Source: a virus. Taken from it: a stretch of 64,000 nucleotides of DNA. Location: IMG/VR virus record IMGVR_UViG_3300046501_000082, positions 28,875-92,874 of that record. One strand, given 5' to 3'. Every line of letters begins with the position of its first letter. Position 1 is the stretch's first letter. The translations under genes were made by a program, and so were the position numbers. The notes beneath the pieces are model-generated. The model saw nothing but the letters and a program-made list of their open reading frames with translations. It was not told the origin of the DNA and ran no database searches. This document shows, piece after piece, positions 9,639 to 19,908 of the stretch.

Positions 9639-10547
9639 TCAAACGATGTTACGAAGCAAGCTTTCTTTTTTCTCTTTACTCAAAAGATTCTTATGGCCTC
9701 GACGGTATTGACCAGTCTTCAAGTTCCTATATTTATCATACTTCCCGAGGTTACTGTAAATGAACCCCTCTTTCACCCAACCACTCATATCTGTAATTTC
9801 ATCTTCATACACTTCAAATACAGGAAGTGTTGTAGACCAAGGGGCTACTAGTTCGTACAACTCTTGAAGAGACACAACATCAATAATATTGTAGTCACGC
9901 ATTTCGCGGATAGCTTCAGGATTACCTTGACAGAAGGCTTTCCAAAGCAAAAACCCAGCAAACTTACCGTGACCTGACTTCTCAGTCTTACAAAGTTTTC
10001 GTGTTAGTGCAATCAATTTATTACTAGAGAAACCAAACTCTTTCTTGCAGATTTCCAATGTATCGAGCACACGCACAGGACTGTGAGGTGGCAAACCATA
10101 AGTAATCATGAAAGATCGAATCTTTTTCATATCGAATCGACGGCCATTGTGAGCAATGATGAAATGTGCTTCGTCTAGTAGCTCATGTAGCTTCTGCAAC
10201 AATTCAAGCTCTGTATACTCACTCACGTCAAAATACATAACTTCGTCATCTTCAATCCATTTAGCTGCAAAAGAAAGAAGTGAGATATCCTCTTCAATCT
10301 GATCAACTGAGAAGTTCTGATTAAACAAACCAAAACCTTGAAGTGTCATGTACTTTGTTTCAATGTCCAGCACTAACACTCGTGGACCTTTCTTAGTAGC
10401 TTTCACCTGTTGTTTAGCATCAAATATAAACTTAAAGAAATCATTAACCTGACTCTTACTTTTACCGATGATATTAGCAATAGCTCGGCCGCTAAAACCT
10501 TTATCACGCAAGCTCAATGCTTCATTGTGCCACTCTTTACTGATCAA
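9639..10547 (-). CDS. DEDD/RNase H-like 3'-5' exonuclease with N-terminal HTH
   Basis: VLDIET, AHNGRRFD, LDTL, YNIIDV motifs. Confidence 0.85.
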   Translation of the reverse strand: MISKEWHNEALSLRDKGFSGRAIANIIGKSKSQVNDFFKFIFDAKQQVKATKKGPRVLVLDIETKYMTLQGFGLFNQNFSVDQIEEDISLLSFAAKWIEDDEVMYFDVSEYTELELLQKLHELLDEAHFIIAHNGRRFDMKKIRSFMITYGLPPHSPVRVLDTLEICKKEFGFSSNKLIALTRKLCKTEKSGHGKFAGFLLWKAFCQGNPEAIREMRDYNIIDVVSLQELYELVAPWSTTLPVFEVYEDEITDMSGWVKEGFIYSNLGKYDKYRNLKTGQYRRGHKNLLSKEKKESLLRNIV

Positions 10548-11490
10548 AATACTTCTCCTTAAATTAGTTTTTGCAAAGTTGTAATCAAATTCACAATGTC
10601 TTCTTTTTCGTAAACTGCAAATCTGATTGGGTCTTCAGTATTTGGATAATCTGCATACCGCCCAGTGAACTCAAAGTCCATACGGAAGCTCTTGTTTGAA
10701 TCCTTTTCGGCTACATCAAGTTTGTCACAGAAATCCTCATAAGAGCCCATTTCCAACGCCATCGGCTCAACTGCGGACTCTATCCAGTCTATATAATCTT
10801 TACCACAGTTACACCACTTGATCAGAAAATTTGAGCTATCAAAAGAATCCCTCCGGTATTCGGTGTAAAGAATACCCTCAAGGGTCATAAATTCTTTAAG
10901 CCCCACAATACGCATTAATTATTCCCCTTTCTTAAGTTGTAGACAAAGCTCATATAATTCGTTGTTCATAGCAATCACAATATCCAATGTCTCTTGCTTT
11001 TCATACGGCGAGAGAGTTGCAAAGGTACTTGATATAACTTCATTCCTCTCCTTCCAGTATTCAAGCTGAACATTTACTGGCACTACATCAATCGCTTCAA
11101 TTTCCTTCACAATATCTCTAGGTTTAAACTCTAAGATTGTCATAGCTTGACCTCTAGGCCATACTCCCTAAGATTTGATTACAGAACACATAATAGTAGG
11201 TAGAGAACTCAACAATAAGTTGCCACATCAAATAATCACGTTTCATTTAAATTCCTCATCAAATTTTTCATTGTCTGAACTAGCTTCGTTATATTTATTG
11301 ACCAATACGCTTCAGATAATCCGTATAGGATTCGTTAGGCCATTGTGGTGGACGATCATTGAACTGATCTACATCTGATTGCTTCCAGTTCAAAGGATTG
11401 TAAACCTTGATTTGACTAACTTCAGCACGTAATTCTTTTAGTTCTCTGTCAAGCACATCTAGCTTCTTGTAAAGCTGAATGAAATCATAA

Positions 11491-12090
11491 TCACTCATTG
11501 TGTTCTTTCCTCAATTCTTCAATGATTTGTTCACGTCTAAGCTTGGCATTACTTTTTGGTGTGATTCCACGTTCAGAAAGCCATGACTTATCCTTTTTCT
11601 GCTTGATAATGTCAATGCATTCTTTTTGACAAAGCGCCTCATTCCAACTTACTCCGTGACGTTCCATGTAGGTCTTTACTTCGTGGCAGCCCTTATGATT
11701 TTTCTTAGGGTCATCAATACAAAGTATCTGTAAATCATCATAACCAACGTCAAGACGACTGAAAATGTACTTACTAAAGTCTTCCCTAGTCTTACACTCA
11801 AACTCGCCAATGCGATGATCAACGTTAACACAATCAAGTTTGAACATCTTATGACAAATATTACACTCAAGCAACCACTTTGTTCGTGTTGACTCATCCA
11901 TGTCTGGGATGATCCTATCCTCAAGAAACACAAGTTTATGCGCTGCTGTCATCCAAGCTGAATCGATTGCTTTACGAATAATGCGTACAAGCTCAGTTTC
12001 TTTTAGGTGCCCATCTTCAGTAACTTTTTTAGCAAGAACATCCCTATTCTTTTTACGTTTATCTAAGTCAGCCTGAGAGGGAACTGTCAT
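11491..12090 (-). CDS. HNH endonuclease
   Basis: ECNIC...VDHRIG...LQILC...CHEVKT. Confidence 0.75.
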   Translation of the reverse strand: MTVPSQADLDKRKKNRDVLAKKVTEDGHLKETELVRIIRKAIDSAWMTAAHKLVFLEDRIIPDMDESTRTKWLLECNICHKMFKLDCVNVDHRIGEFECKTREDFSKYIFSRLDVGYDDLQILCIDDPKKNHKGCHEVKTYMERHGVSWNEALCQKECIDIIKQKKDKSWLSERGITPKSNAKLRREQIIEELRKEHNE

Positions 12091-12427
12091 TCCACAAACT
12101 CAGTCTTGAATGCTGCATAACGTTGTTTAGTAACGATGTGCTCAGGAATAATAACCTCTGGTACTACTTCATCATAATCCTCAACTTTAAAGTATTCAGG
12201 TGAGCTATCCCACTCAGTTCCCCAAGAATCATCCCAAGTACCGTTACGACTAACCAAAACATTCAAGAAGTCACTTGCATCCAAATCATCTTCAGCAAGA
12301 GAGTCTACATCTTCTTGACGGATAGTGTGTGAAGTTGTGATGTAGAATGAAGAGTATTTACGAAACTCTTTCTCAGACTCACCTACTTCAGAAATGTATT
12401 CCCACAGTTGCTCTTCTGTAATCTTTT

Positions 12428-13351
12428 TCATTTTAGATTCTCCACATAATCATTAAAGTTAAATACTTCACCTTCTTTACGACGCAAGTATAGGAAGAAA
12501 GCATTGTCTGCAAGGCGTTGTTGGTAGTCATCAGGCCATGACAAGGAGTAGGCTTCTATCACCCTTTCTACCATCTCTTTTTCCGTTGTACAACCACTTA
12601 GAAGCTTACTTGCAGCAACTGGCCCTGCACCATTTGTCTTGATCCCGTACTTATCTTTTGTATCTTGATGAACTACTTCCAAACCCATAATGTTATCTGC
12701 TGTGTCACCACAAATCACCTGAGTCCAGTATTCAGTGTATTGACTCTTAGCATCTTGCCAAAACACACCTTTATCAAGTTTGTTGTAGTTTAGATATTGT
12801 CCTTGTCCGTTTGCAGTGATGTCCTTATCAACGTATGCCACAACAAGGTTATCAGACGTGCCCTCACGAAGTGCGTTCCAAGCCCTAATGTTTACAAGGT
12901 CATCCGTCTCTTCACCTCGGCTGACAATACACTTTTCTTTGTACTTACGTTCCATGTATTCAAAACACTCGGCAAACAATAATGGTTTGGGTACACGCTG
13001 TGCTTTGTACTGGACAAACTGTGACTCATAAAACTTACGAAAATTCCCTTCACCTTGAATGCACACACGGTAATCATCACAACCGCTTGCCTCTACAATC
13101 GCTTCAATCTTTTGCTTGATTGTTTGAAATGCAAATTTAGGTTCACCACTCACTTCACTGATTGTTTCAAAGCTATAGTCTTTCTTGTCACGATTATTTT
13201 CTTTAGCCCAATCATTGAAAGCAGTCTTGGATTCAAACAGCTTCTTTCTGTCTTGGGCAATATTAGTGACAAGACATTTATTAGTTTGTTGCATTGACGC
13301 TGAAGCATACAGGATCGTGTCAGCATCAACTAACAGTAACTTACTCGTCAT
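12428..13351 (-). CDS. 5'-3' exonuclease (T7 gp6/FEN-like); start refined to MTSKLLLVDAD
   Basis: LLVDADTILY, NFR...YKAQR, ETDD, DKD, GDTADNIMG. Confidence 0.9.
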   Translation of the reverse strand: MTSKLLLVDADTILYASASMQQTNKCLVTNIAQDRKKLFESKTAFNDWAKENNRDKKDYSFETISEVSGEPKFAFQTIKQKIEAIVEASGCDDYRVCIQGEGNFRKFYESQFVQYKAQRVPKPLLFAECFEYMERKYKEKCIVSRGEETDDLVNIRAWNALREGTSDNLVVAYVDKDITANGQGQYLNYNKLDKGVFWQDAKSQYTEYWTQVICGDTADNIMGLEVVHQDTKDKYGIKTNGAGPVAASKLLSGCTTEKEMVERVIEAYSLSWPDDYQQRLADNAFFLYLRRKEGEVFNFNDYVENLK

Positions 13352-13601
13352 CTTCCTCCTCCCAAAGATCAAAGATGTCTTTAATTTGAGGATCATCATA
13401 ATAATCTGATTCGCAAAGATTATCCCAGTCTTGACATTCAAGAGCTTCATTGACATCTACAAGAATAGTCTTGAATTGTTTATCGCTTACTTTAGCTTCA
13501 CGAAGTGCTTCAACTAGTGTGTTAAAGATTTGTGTACCACCGCCCCATCCCATATAAACCTCCAGATATAAATAAGGGGGCTTTGCAGCCACAAATGTTA
13601 C

Positions 13602-13850
13602 TTAGCTATACGCTTCCTGAATCTGTTGAAGCTTATTTAACTCTTCAACTTTCTCTGCAAGGTTGTCTTGCTTCGCCTTAGCAGCTGCTGCTTTGATAAT
13701 GTCTGCAACTTCTTTCTTATTGAATCCGTCTGAGCAGTATTCTTCGTGGTAACTAAACTCAGTTTTAAGTTCACCCAAGTCTTCTTTGAGAACCAAAATT
13801 TCTTGGTTCAGTTGATAAGCTCGGTTAAACAGGTTCTGACGTTCTTTCAT
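13602..13850 (-). CDS. Small coiled-coil DNA-binding protein, DsbA(T4)/GapR-like (tentative)
   Basis: LKEDLGELKTE...GFNKKEVADIIK pattern. Confidence 0.4.
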   Translation of the reverse strand: MKERQNLFNRAYQLNQEILVLKEDLGELKTEFSYHEEYCSDGFNKKEVADIIKAAAAKAKQDNLAEKVEELNKLQQIQEAYS

Positions 13851-14389
13851 GATATATTCTCCATTTCTTTTAATTTGTCGGGATCACGTCCCAGTTCATT
13901 TAAGCGTTTGTGTTCTTTACCGTGACAGCTTGTACAAAGCCAAATAACATCAAGCCAGTGTTCAGGTAAATAAGACCAATGGTGTCCTTGGATTTTCTTT
14001 TCAGAAGTTCCGCAGTGCTCACAAGCTTCAGGTCTTATTAATGTACCGTTCCTTCTGGCAACCGTCATTGCGTCCCTTGCTTTATACTTTTGAGGGTTAT
14101 TCTTCCTATCTTCTTTGGAATAATCAGACCTCTTCTTTCTAAACTCCGGGTCAGAGGAATACTTTTGATTCCGTTGCTCAATAGTTCTCTTTCTTCTGTC
14201 TACTTCGTTGGGTCTGTTTCTATCGTAATTATTATAATGCTCTTTCTTATCTTTTCGGTTCTGTTTAACATCAATCTTGGTGCATTCTTTACATCTGTTT
14301 GAGTAGCCACCAAGATTTACCGGATGTTTATAGAATTCCGTAACCTCTTTTTCAACACCACATCTATAACATTTCTTCATCACAACCAA
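13847..14389 (-). CDS. HNH homing endonuclease
   Basis: N-terminal CxxC...CKEC; C-terminal CEHCG...HHWSY...VIWLCTSCH. Confidence 0.8.
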   Translation of the reverse strand: MVVMKKCYRCGVEKEVTEFYKHPVNLGGYSNRCKECTKIDVKQNRKDKKEHYNNYDRNRPNEVDRRKRTIEQRNQKYSSDPEFRKKRSDYSKEDRKNNPQKYKARDAMTVARRNGTLIRPEACEHCGTSEKKIQGHHWSYLPEHWLDVIWLCTSCHGKEHKRLNELGRDPDKLKEMENIS

Positions 14390-14421
14390 CCTTTAAAATG
14401 GACTTCCTTGTCCAATACATC

Positions 14422-15147
14422 TTAGATGATCATGAGCAACCGATCACTGATGCGCATAAAGGGCAAATCTTGTTCAAAAGAATTGTCATCAGCCACAGGA
14501 GCAGCTTTAGTCTTTGGTGCGGGCACTTCCTCTTCCACTGGCTTAGTCTCAGCCTTTTTAACTTTGTAGCTGCCCATAACGTCGTCAACAACTTCATCGG
14601 ATGAACCTTTCGATTCATATGGTACGTGTTCAATCACTTGAACAGTATCCAGAGTTACGGTGAGCTGACCTTCTACGTTTTTATATCCGAACAACTTAAG
14701 TGTACACACACTGCCGTTGCCGATGTTGTCTGTAAAAGCATTACCGTCTTTATCGATGACATTGACAGCCATTTTATTGCCCTTCTTACTAAACTCAGGC
14801 TTAGCAATGTTGAAACCCCACAAACCATCTACCAGATCATAATTACCTTTACCTTCTTCTACTTGCGAAGACAATGGAAATTTAATTTTCCGAGGAGGCT
14901 TAGATGTTTTCGTGATACCTACTTGGGAAAATGATTTGTTAACCATCACTTCATCAAGCAAGCGATCCTTAGCTTCTTCATCCACGAACACTGTAGCACT
15001 GAACTCTTTGTCCACGCTTTGATACTTCAGCTTTGGCTCATGTACGGCTGCGTAGAACACTACAGCATTCTTAATGTAAACGTTTGCTGTCTCCAAAGTG
15101 CCAGATTTAGGCAGGTCACGTACAATCACTTCTGTTTTGCTAGCCAT
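14422..15147 (-). CDS. Single-stranded DNA-binding protein (T7 gp2.5-like)
   Basis: IGNGS motif, LDTVQVIEHVPY, acidic tail ending DLPF plus extension; lies in the replication cluster. Confidence 0.7.
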   Translation of the reverse strand: MASKTEVIVRDLPKSGTLETANVYIKNAVVFYAAVHEPKLKYQSVDKEFSATVFVDEEAKDRLLDEVMVNKSFSQVGITKTSKPPRKIKFPLSSQVEEGKGNYDLVDGLWGFNIAKPEFSKKGNKMAVNVIDKDGNAFTDNIGNGSVCTLKLFGYKNVEGQLTVTLDTVQVIEHVPYESKGSSDEVVDDVMGSYKVKKAETKPVEEEVPAPKTKAAPVADDNSFEQDLPFMRISDRLLMII

Positions 15148-16574
15148 ATTTAATTTTCTCTATTTGGTGTGTATTAAGTTTTGTTCACATTATTGTGAGA
15201 TATTACCTTGCTATTTGTATCACTACAAATTCTTTTAGTGCATTGTTTCTTTCTTCTTAACCCGTGTATTCACAATAGGACTTCCTTCTTCATCACCTTC
15301 CAAATCTTCTGTGCTCGACTGAAAGTCACCATCCCCTGTAAACATCTGTGCAAACTCTGTAGCACTTTCACGCTTATAATCTTCCCAAGCAAAGAAGTCT
15401 GAAGCTGATTCAAAAGAATATTCAGTTTCATAAATCAAGGCTTGAAGAGTTTCTTTAGTTTTAACTTTTACGCCTGCCATATTAGCGTACTTGCCGTTGA
15501 GACTGCAATTGATAGACACTCTGTACAATCTTAGCCTTCGGATAACCTTGACGCTTCACCAATGCAAGTTCATCACGAGCCTCAGAACGTGTCTCAAGAT
15601 CAGTTACAATGGCTTCTTGTGCAGCAATGATGGAATAGGTGTAGATAGTTTTAGTGCCCATTTTGTTTCTCCTAGATTAAATTATTTGTTTACAGACATT
15701 GCTTTTGGATCAAAGTAACCTACAAACCAAGGATAATAATCATCGTCATTATCTGTACCGATGGATACTACCACTTCATTAGTAGTTGTGTCTACTAGAT
15801 CAAGGATCGAACAAGATTTACTTGTCCAGTCTTCTTCAGGATCACCGCTTCGAGTTCGATAAACTCCCTTAACTTCTACACCACTGAAAGGGTTTTTAAT
15901 TTCCTCCTCATCAATTTTTAGTTCGCCTAAGTAACTCCGATAACCATCACTCGGATCTTCCATGGCTACATATACAACACCATCAAGTTTAAAGCGAATA
16001 CACTGACAAGCTTCAAAGTAATCATCCCACTTTTTAATGCTCCCTGTGTACTCGTCAACACCTTGAAGCTGCATCACTCTGCCATGAAAATACTCCGTAT
16101 CCATCACTTCCCCTCCTGCACTTTATTCAAATATTCCTGAAACAGTTGTGCAGCAACCACTCCATACGAAGGCTCCCTACCATTCAACTTCTCACTAACG
16201 TGACGCATAGCTGTGTCATAAGAAGATTCGAATGAAGAGGGATCATTTGTGTACTGGTCCATCCACATGTTGAAGGCTGCTGCGTAATCAGGTACTTGCT
16301 CGCCTACATCCGTACCGTTCAGTTCATCGATAATTCTTGCAGATGTCTCCACCACATCTTGTGCAGAATTACCATAGACTACCACCTTACTGTGCCATGT
16401 ATTGCTATTTTCCTCTACGAAGTCGACACCAGCCTCAAAAATACCCGATTCGTTTTCTCCGTGAAGATCACCTTGTTTGTACATCATTTCTCTCCTCTTC
16501 TCATTAGCTAAGAACATTCTGTTCAATTAGCTTGCGGCTATTGTGAAGCAATTTTATGGGGTTGTCAAGGTTTA

Positions 16575-16835
16575 TTAATGGCAGTTATCCCATCCACTAC
16601 CAATCACATAACCTGACGTCAATTCTACGTTAAGTTTGTAATACTGTCCAGCTTCTTTTACAGATTCCGCTGCCAATTCCCCAGCACGGCACCATGAACG
16701 AAAGAAACGTCCGTCTTTTGCATGACCAACATCACTCCAGATACGGCCTTCTTCACAGAAATCTTTTGCTTCTTTCTCTGTATCAAACATCTTAAACTTA
16801 ACTAGGCTTCTTGTCAACTCTAATTGCGCTTCATC
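16575..16835 (-). CDS. DNA polymerase (family A), exon 2
   Basis: Begins DEAQLE, completing motif C (YH|DE); ends GSGWDNCH as in T7-like polymerases. Confidence 0.9.
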   Translation of the reverse strand, partial: DEAQLELTRSLVKFKMFDTEKEAKDFCEEGRIWSDVGHAKDGRFFRSWCRAGELAAESVKEAGQYYKLNVELTSGYVIGSGWDNCH

Positions 16836-17072
16836 CATTCAGTTATTGAGTTCGCTAAACTCACTCCGCTTTCACGGAGAATCAGACTATATCACAAACT
16901 CTTTCGAGTTTCCTGCCGCTTCGAGTGCGCTTGCACCCTACTCCCTTCCGGGATAGTCGTTACACGTTCCTATTTCTAGGCTTCGCTCGGGATTGGCATG
17001 GCTTTCGCTTTAGCTTTCCCCGAATTCAACAGGTTATTCAATGCACTTCACAATGCAAGGCCACAATTATTT
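16836..17072 (-). ncRNA. Group I intron (237 nt, ORF-less, IA2-like) in the DNA polymerase gene
   Basis: 5' exon ends in U; P1 CCAU/GUGG with U-G pair; core elements AAUUCGGGGAA, AAUCCCGAGC, GUAACGACUA, GAUAUAGUC; terminal G; splicing restores the frame. Confidence 0.93.
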
Positions 17073-19250
17073 ATGGTACGCAATCATTTGTTGGCAATAC
17101 TTTTTACTTTTCCAATCGTCTTTAAAGAAATCTACCGCGAACCCTTCGGCTTTAAGCTTACGATCATGAATAACCATCGCTCGCTTTGCACAAATTACAC
17201 CTGCGCTTTGAAATCCACTGTTAATCACATTGCCTTTTGAACGAATAGGAAGTTTACGTTTATCAATACCTACAAGAAACTTCTTCTGTCCTGTTGTTTC
17301 CCAGTATTGCTGCATACGTTCTTTGAGTTCTTTGAGCGGATTAGCCAAAGTCCAGAACTCATCAAAAATAATCTGTGCCGTTTCTAGGTCACAACCAACA
17401 ATTTTAGCTACCCGTGCAACTTGGGCGTTGTAACTACATCCGTACTTCACAGATTTAGCGCTATTTCGTGGGAAATCACGGCCAATAATCTCTGTAATAC
17501 GGCGGGCCAATACAGAGTGACAATCATTAGGCTTTTCAGCAGTCAGACTTACACCGTACTCCGGGCCACCTTTATAACGGTACACATAATGACTTTCAAT
17601 CTTAGCCTCAAGGCTGTCAAAATCATAACCAAGTTGTACATAGCCTTCACCAACACCAAACAAACTCCTCATTTCCTCCCCGTAAAGGGATGTATTTCGT
17701 GGAATGTTCGCCACTAAACGATGCTTGAATCTGCTGGTCCCAGCGCCGCAAGTATCTGCTGGTGTTGGAATACGTCCATCCTCACGAACGTTCGGCATAA
17801 AACCACTTTCATGCTCTTCGTCATTTTCCTCTGGATCATACCCGCCCCCCAGAATACTATTACGGCGGTGGCTGTAAGTCAAGAAGTCAGCAAGCTTTCT
17901 AGCGTGTGGAAAGCTACTTTCTAGTGCAATAAGACCGGGGCAGATCTCTTTCTCTTGTCCTACCGTCAGCGTGGGGTTGGTTAACACTTTAAAGCTTTTA
18001 GCGCACCCTTTTGCCAACAACTTAGCCTTAATGTTGTTTTTATTAAGGTTCAAGTGCTCTAGACGATATTTGCAGAAAGGACTTGCTAGTGTCTGTTCAA
18101 CATATCGTTCTACTGCTGCTTCGAACTTCTCCTGTGTCAGACGGTTCTTCTTGGCATCACAGGTAAGATCACGCTCCTTCCAAGCGGAAGGGTTCCAGTG
18201 AAACTTAGACACTAGCCATTCTTTAATGTGGGTTGTGTCTTTCAAAGTTGATGGTACTTCAGTGAGCAATGGTACAGCAGGCATTGGTAGTGGATACTCT
18301 TTACCAAAGATTGTTGCTACGTTATCTTCACTAATTGTTCCTTCGTGTTTAGCTACAAACTTCTTAATGTTTTCATTAAGTTCGCCAGACTTCTTAAACT
18401 GTTTTTCCGAAGGTGTGTAGAAATCCATGCGCGTCTTAGCCAATGGTTTTGGTGGCAAGACAGGTTCAACTTCACTGCGCAAGGCCTCAAGTTTGATGTC
18501 AAGATCACGAACCAGTTCAATTGCACGTTCTGTCTTAAAGTCAAATCCTCGGTGCTCTTGGCGAGTGATAATCTCCGCAACAGACTTTTCCAGACTGATA
18601 GCGTCTAACCAATCCCAATCACCTTTCTCAGCCTCCAGCATCTTGTAAACTTTTGTGTTCGCCAAGACATCTATGATGCAATAAAATAACATGTCCGCTG
18701 CAAAATGTTTGAAACGAATAGATTCGTGAATGTGTTTACGAAAAGAATACTTGCGCAAGCCAGCTTTCTCAGACAAAGAGTCCAAGCTATGTCCGCCCAA
18801 CCTATCCGGGTTAAGCGCTTTGCTTATTACAAGTGTATCTTCAAATAGAACAGGTTTACCGCACCAAGTATCTTGTTCAACGGTGAAGTCCATATCTTCT
18901 TCAATCTTACCAACCATCAAGTCAAAATTGATCTGGTTGTGAGCCACCACTTTATGCAGTGGGTTGTTTAGGACGTAAGCCTTAAACTCAGCAATAGATC
19001 GCTTTTCAAACTCAAGAGGTTGATAGTTTTCAAGAAGATATGTTTGCCCCTCAATTACCTCTTCGTAACGGCGACCATCAAGAATATATTCAGGACCGTC
19101 ATAAAAGGCAATAATCTTACCAGTTTGATGTTCTTCCACAACAGTACAATGAGTCTTAAAAGTCTCTTTCAGCTTGAATGGGCTGCTTGTGTAATCGATA
19201 GCCTCTTGATTCAAAAGACCTGTTGTTTCCCGGTCCCAAGTAATATCCAA
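17073..19250 (-). CDS. DNA polymerase (family A, T7 gp5-like with 3'-5' exonuclease), exon 1; probable TTG start at 19250 after SD AAGGAG
   Basis: Exo motifs DRET, HNQINFD, YCIID; motif A YDFDSLE; motif B RNSAKSVKYG. Confidence 0.93.
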
Positions 19251-19254
19251 TTTC

Positions 19255-19899
19255 TTACTCCTTTGTTCTTCCAAAATACTTAATCTCGCCAGCAGCTCTG
19301 GCATCACAGGCTTCTTCGAAGGTGTCAAAATAGCCTAAGTTAATATCTTTTCTTTCAACCCCAATACGGGCACGCCACTTCTGTTGTTTTTCAACCCATG
19401 CCACACCTGTTCTGCCAGACTTGTTGTTTTTAAAGATACCTTTATTAAAGCTTTGAACTCTCCAAGTATCCCATACGCAGTTTTCTCTAGAGTAACCAAG
19501 TTTAGGATCTTCTCGTTCTAAAGTCAAACCCTCTTTATACGAGTCACCCATATCCCTCAAGAAGTTTTCAAACTGACGCCAGTCCTCTTGATCCAAACCA
19601 GCGCCCTTTCCTCCGTACTTATCCCAATTGGGGTCGTTTGGATTGGTGCAGCGTGAAACCATTGAACCCCATACAGCATAAATCTTAGATTTCCACATGC
19701 CATGTGTTCTATAAGAGCGTTCTGCTCTAAGGCAACCACACGATTGAGAATTTCCGTCTTTAATTTGATCCGCCCTAACTACTTTTTCTTTACCACAGTC
19801 GCACAAACAATTCCAGTAGGGCCTACCATTTTTAGATTCAGCAAAACTTATGATCGTCCATCTGTTATATTTATTACCTGTCAAGTCTTCGTGAGCCAT
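19255..19899 (-). CDS. Free-standing HNH-AP2 homing endonuclease
   Basis: WNCLCDCG...SCGC, WGSMVSRC, TLERED...Y..NCVW, C-terminal AP2-like GVAW...WRARI...LGYF. Confidence 0.85.
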   Translation of the reverse strand: MAHEDLTGNKYNRWTIISFAESKNGRPYWNCLCDCGKEKVVRADQIKDGNSQSCGCLRAERSYRTHGMWKSKIYAVWGSMVSRCTNPNDPNWDKYGGKGAGLDQEDWRQFENFLRDMGDSYKEGLTLEREDPKLGYSRENCVWDTWRVQSFNKGIFKNNKSGRTGVAWVEKQQKWRARIGVERKDINLGYFDTFEEACDARAAGEIKYFGRTKE

Positions 19900-19908
19900 T
19901 ATTAGTCC

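Noticed and set aside
16575-16838. Separate 87-aa gene or a split two-subunit polymerase
   Set aside because: Its ATG is the last three bases of the intron; it is exon 2
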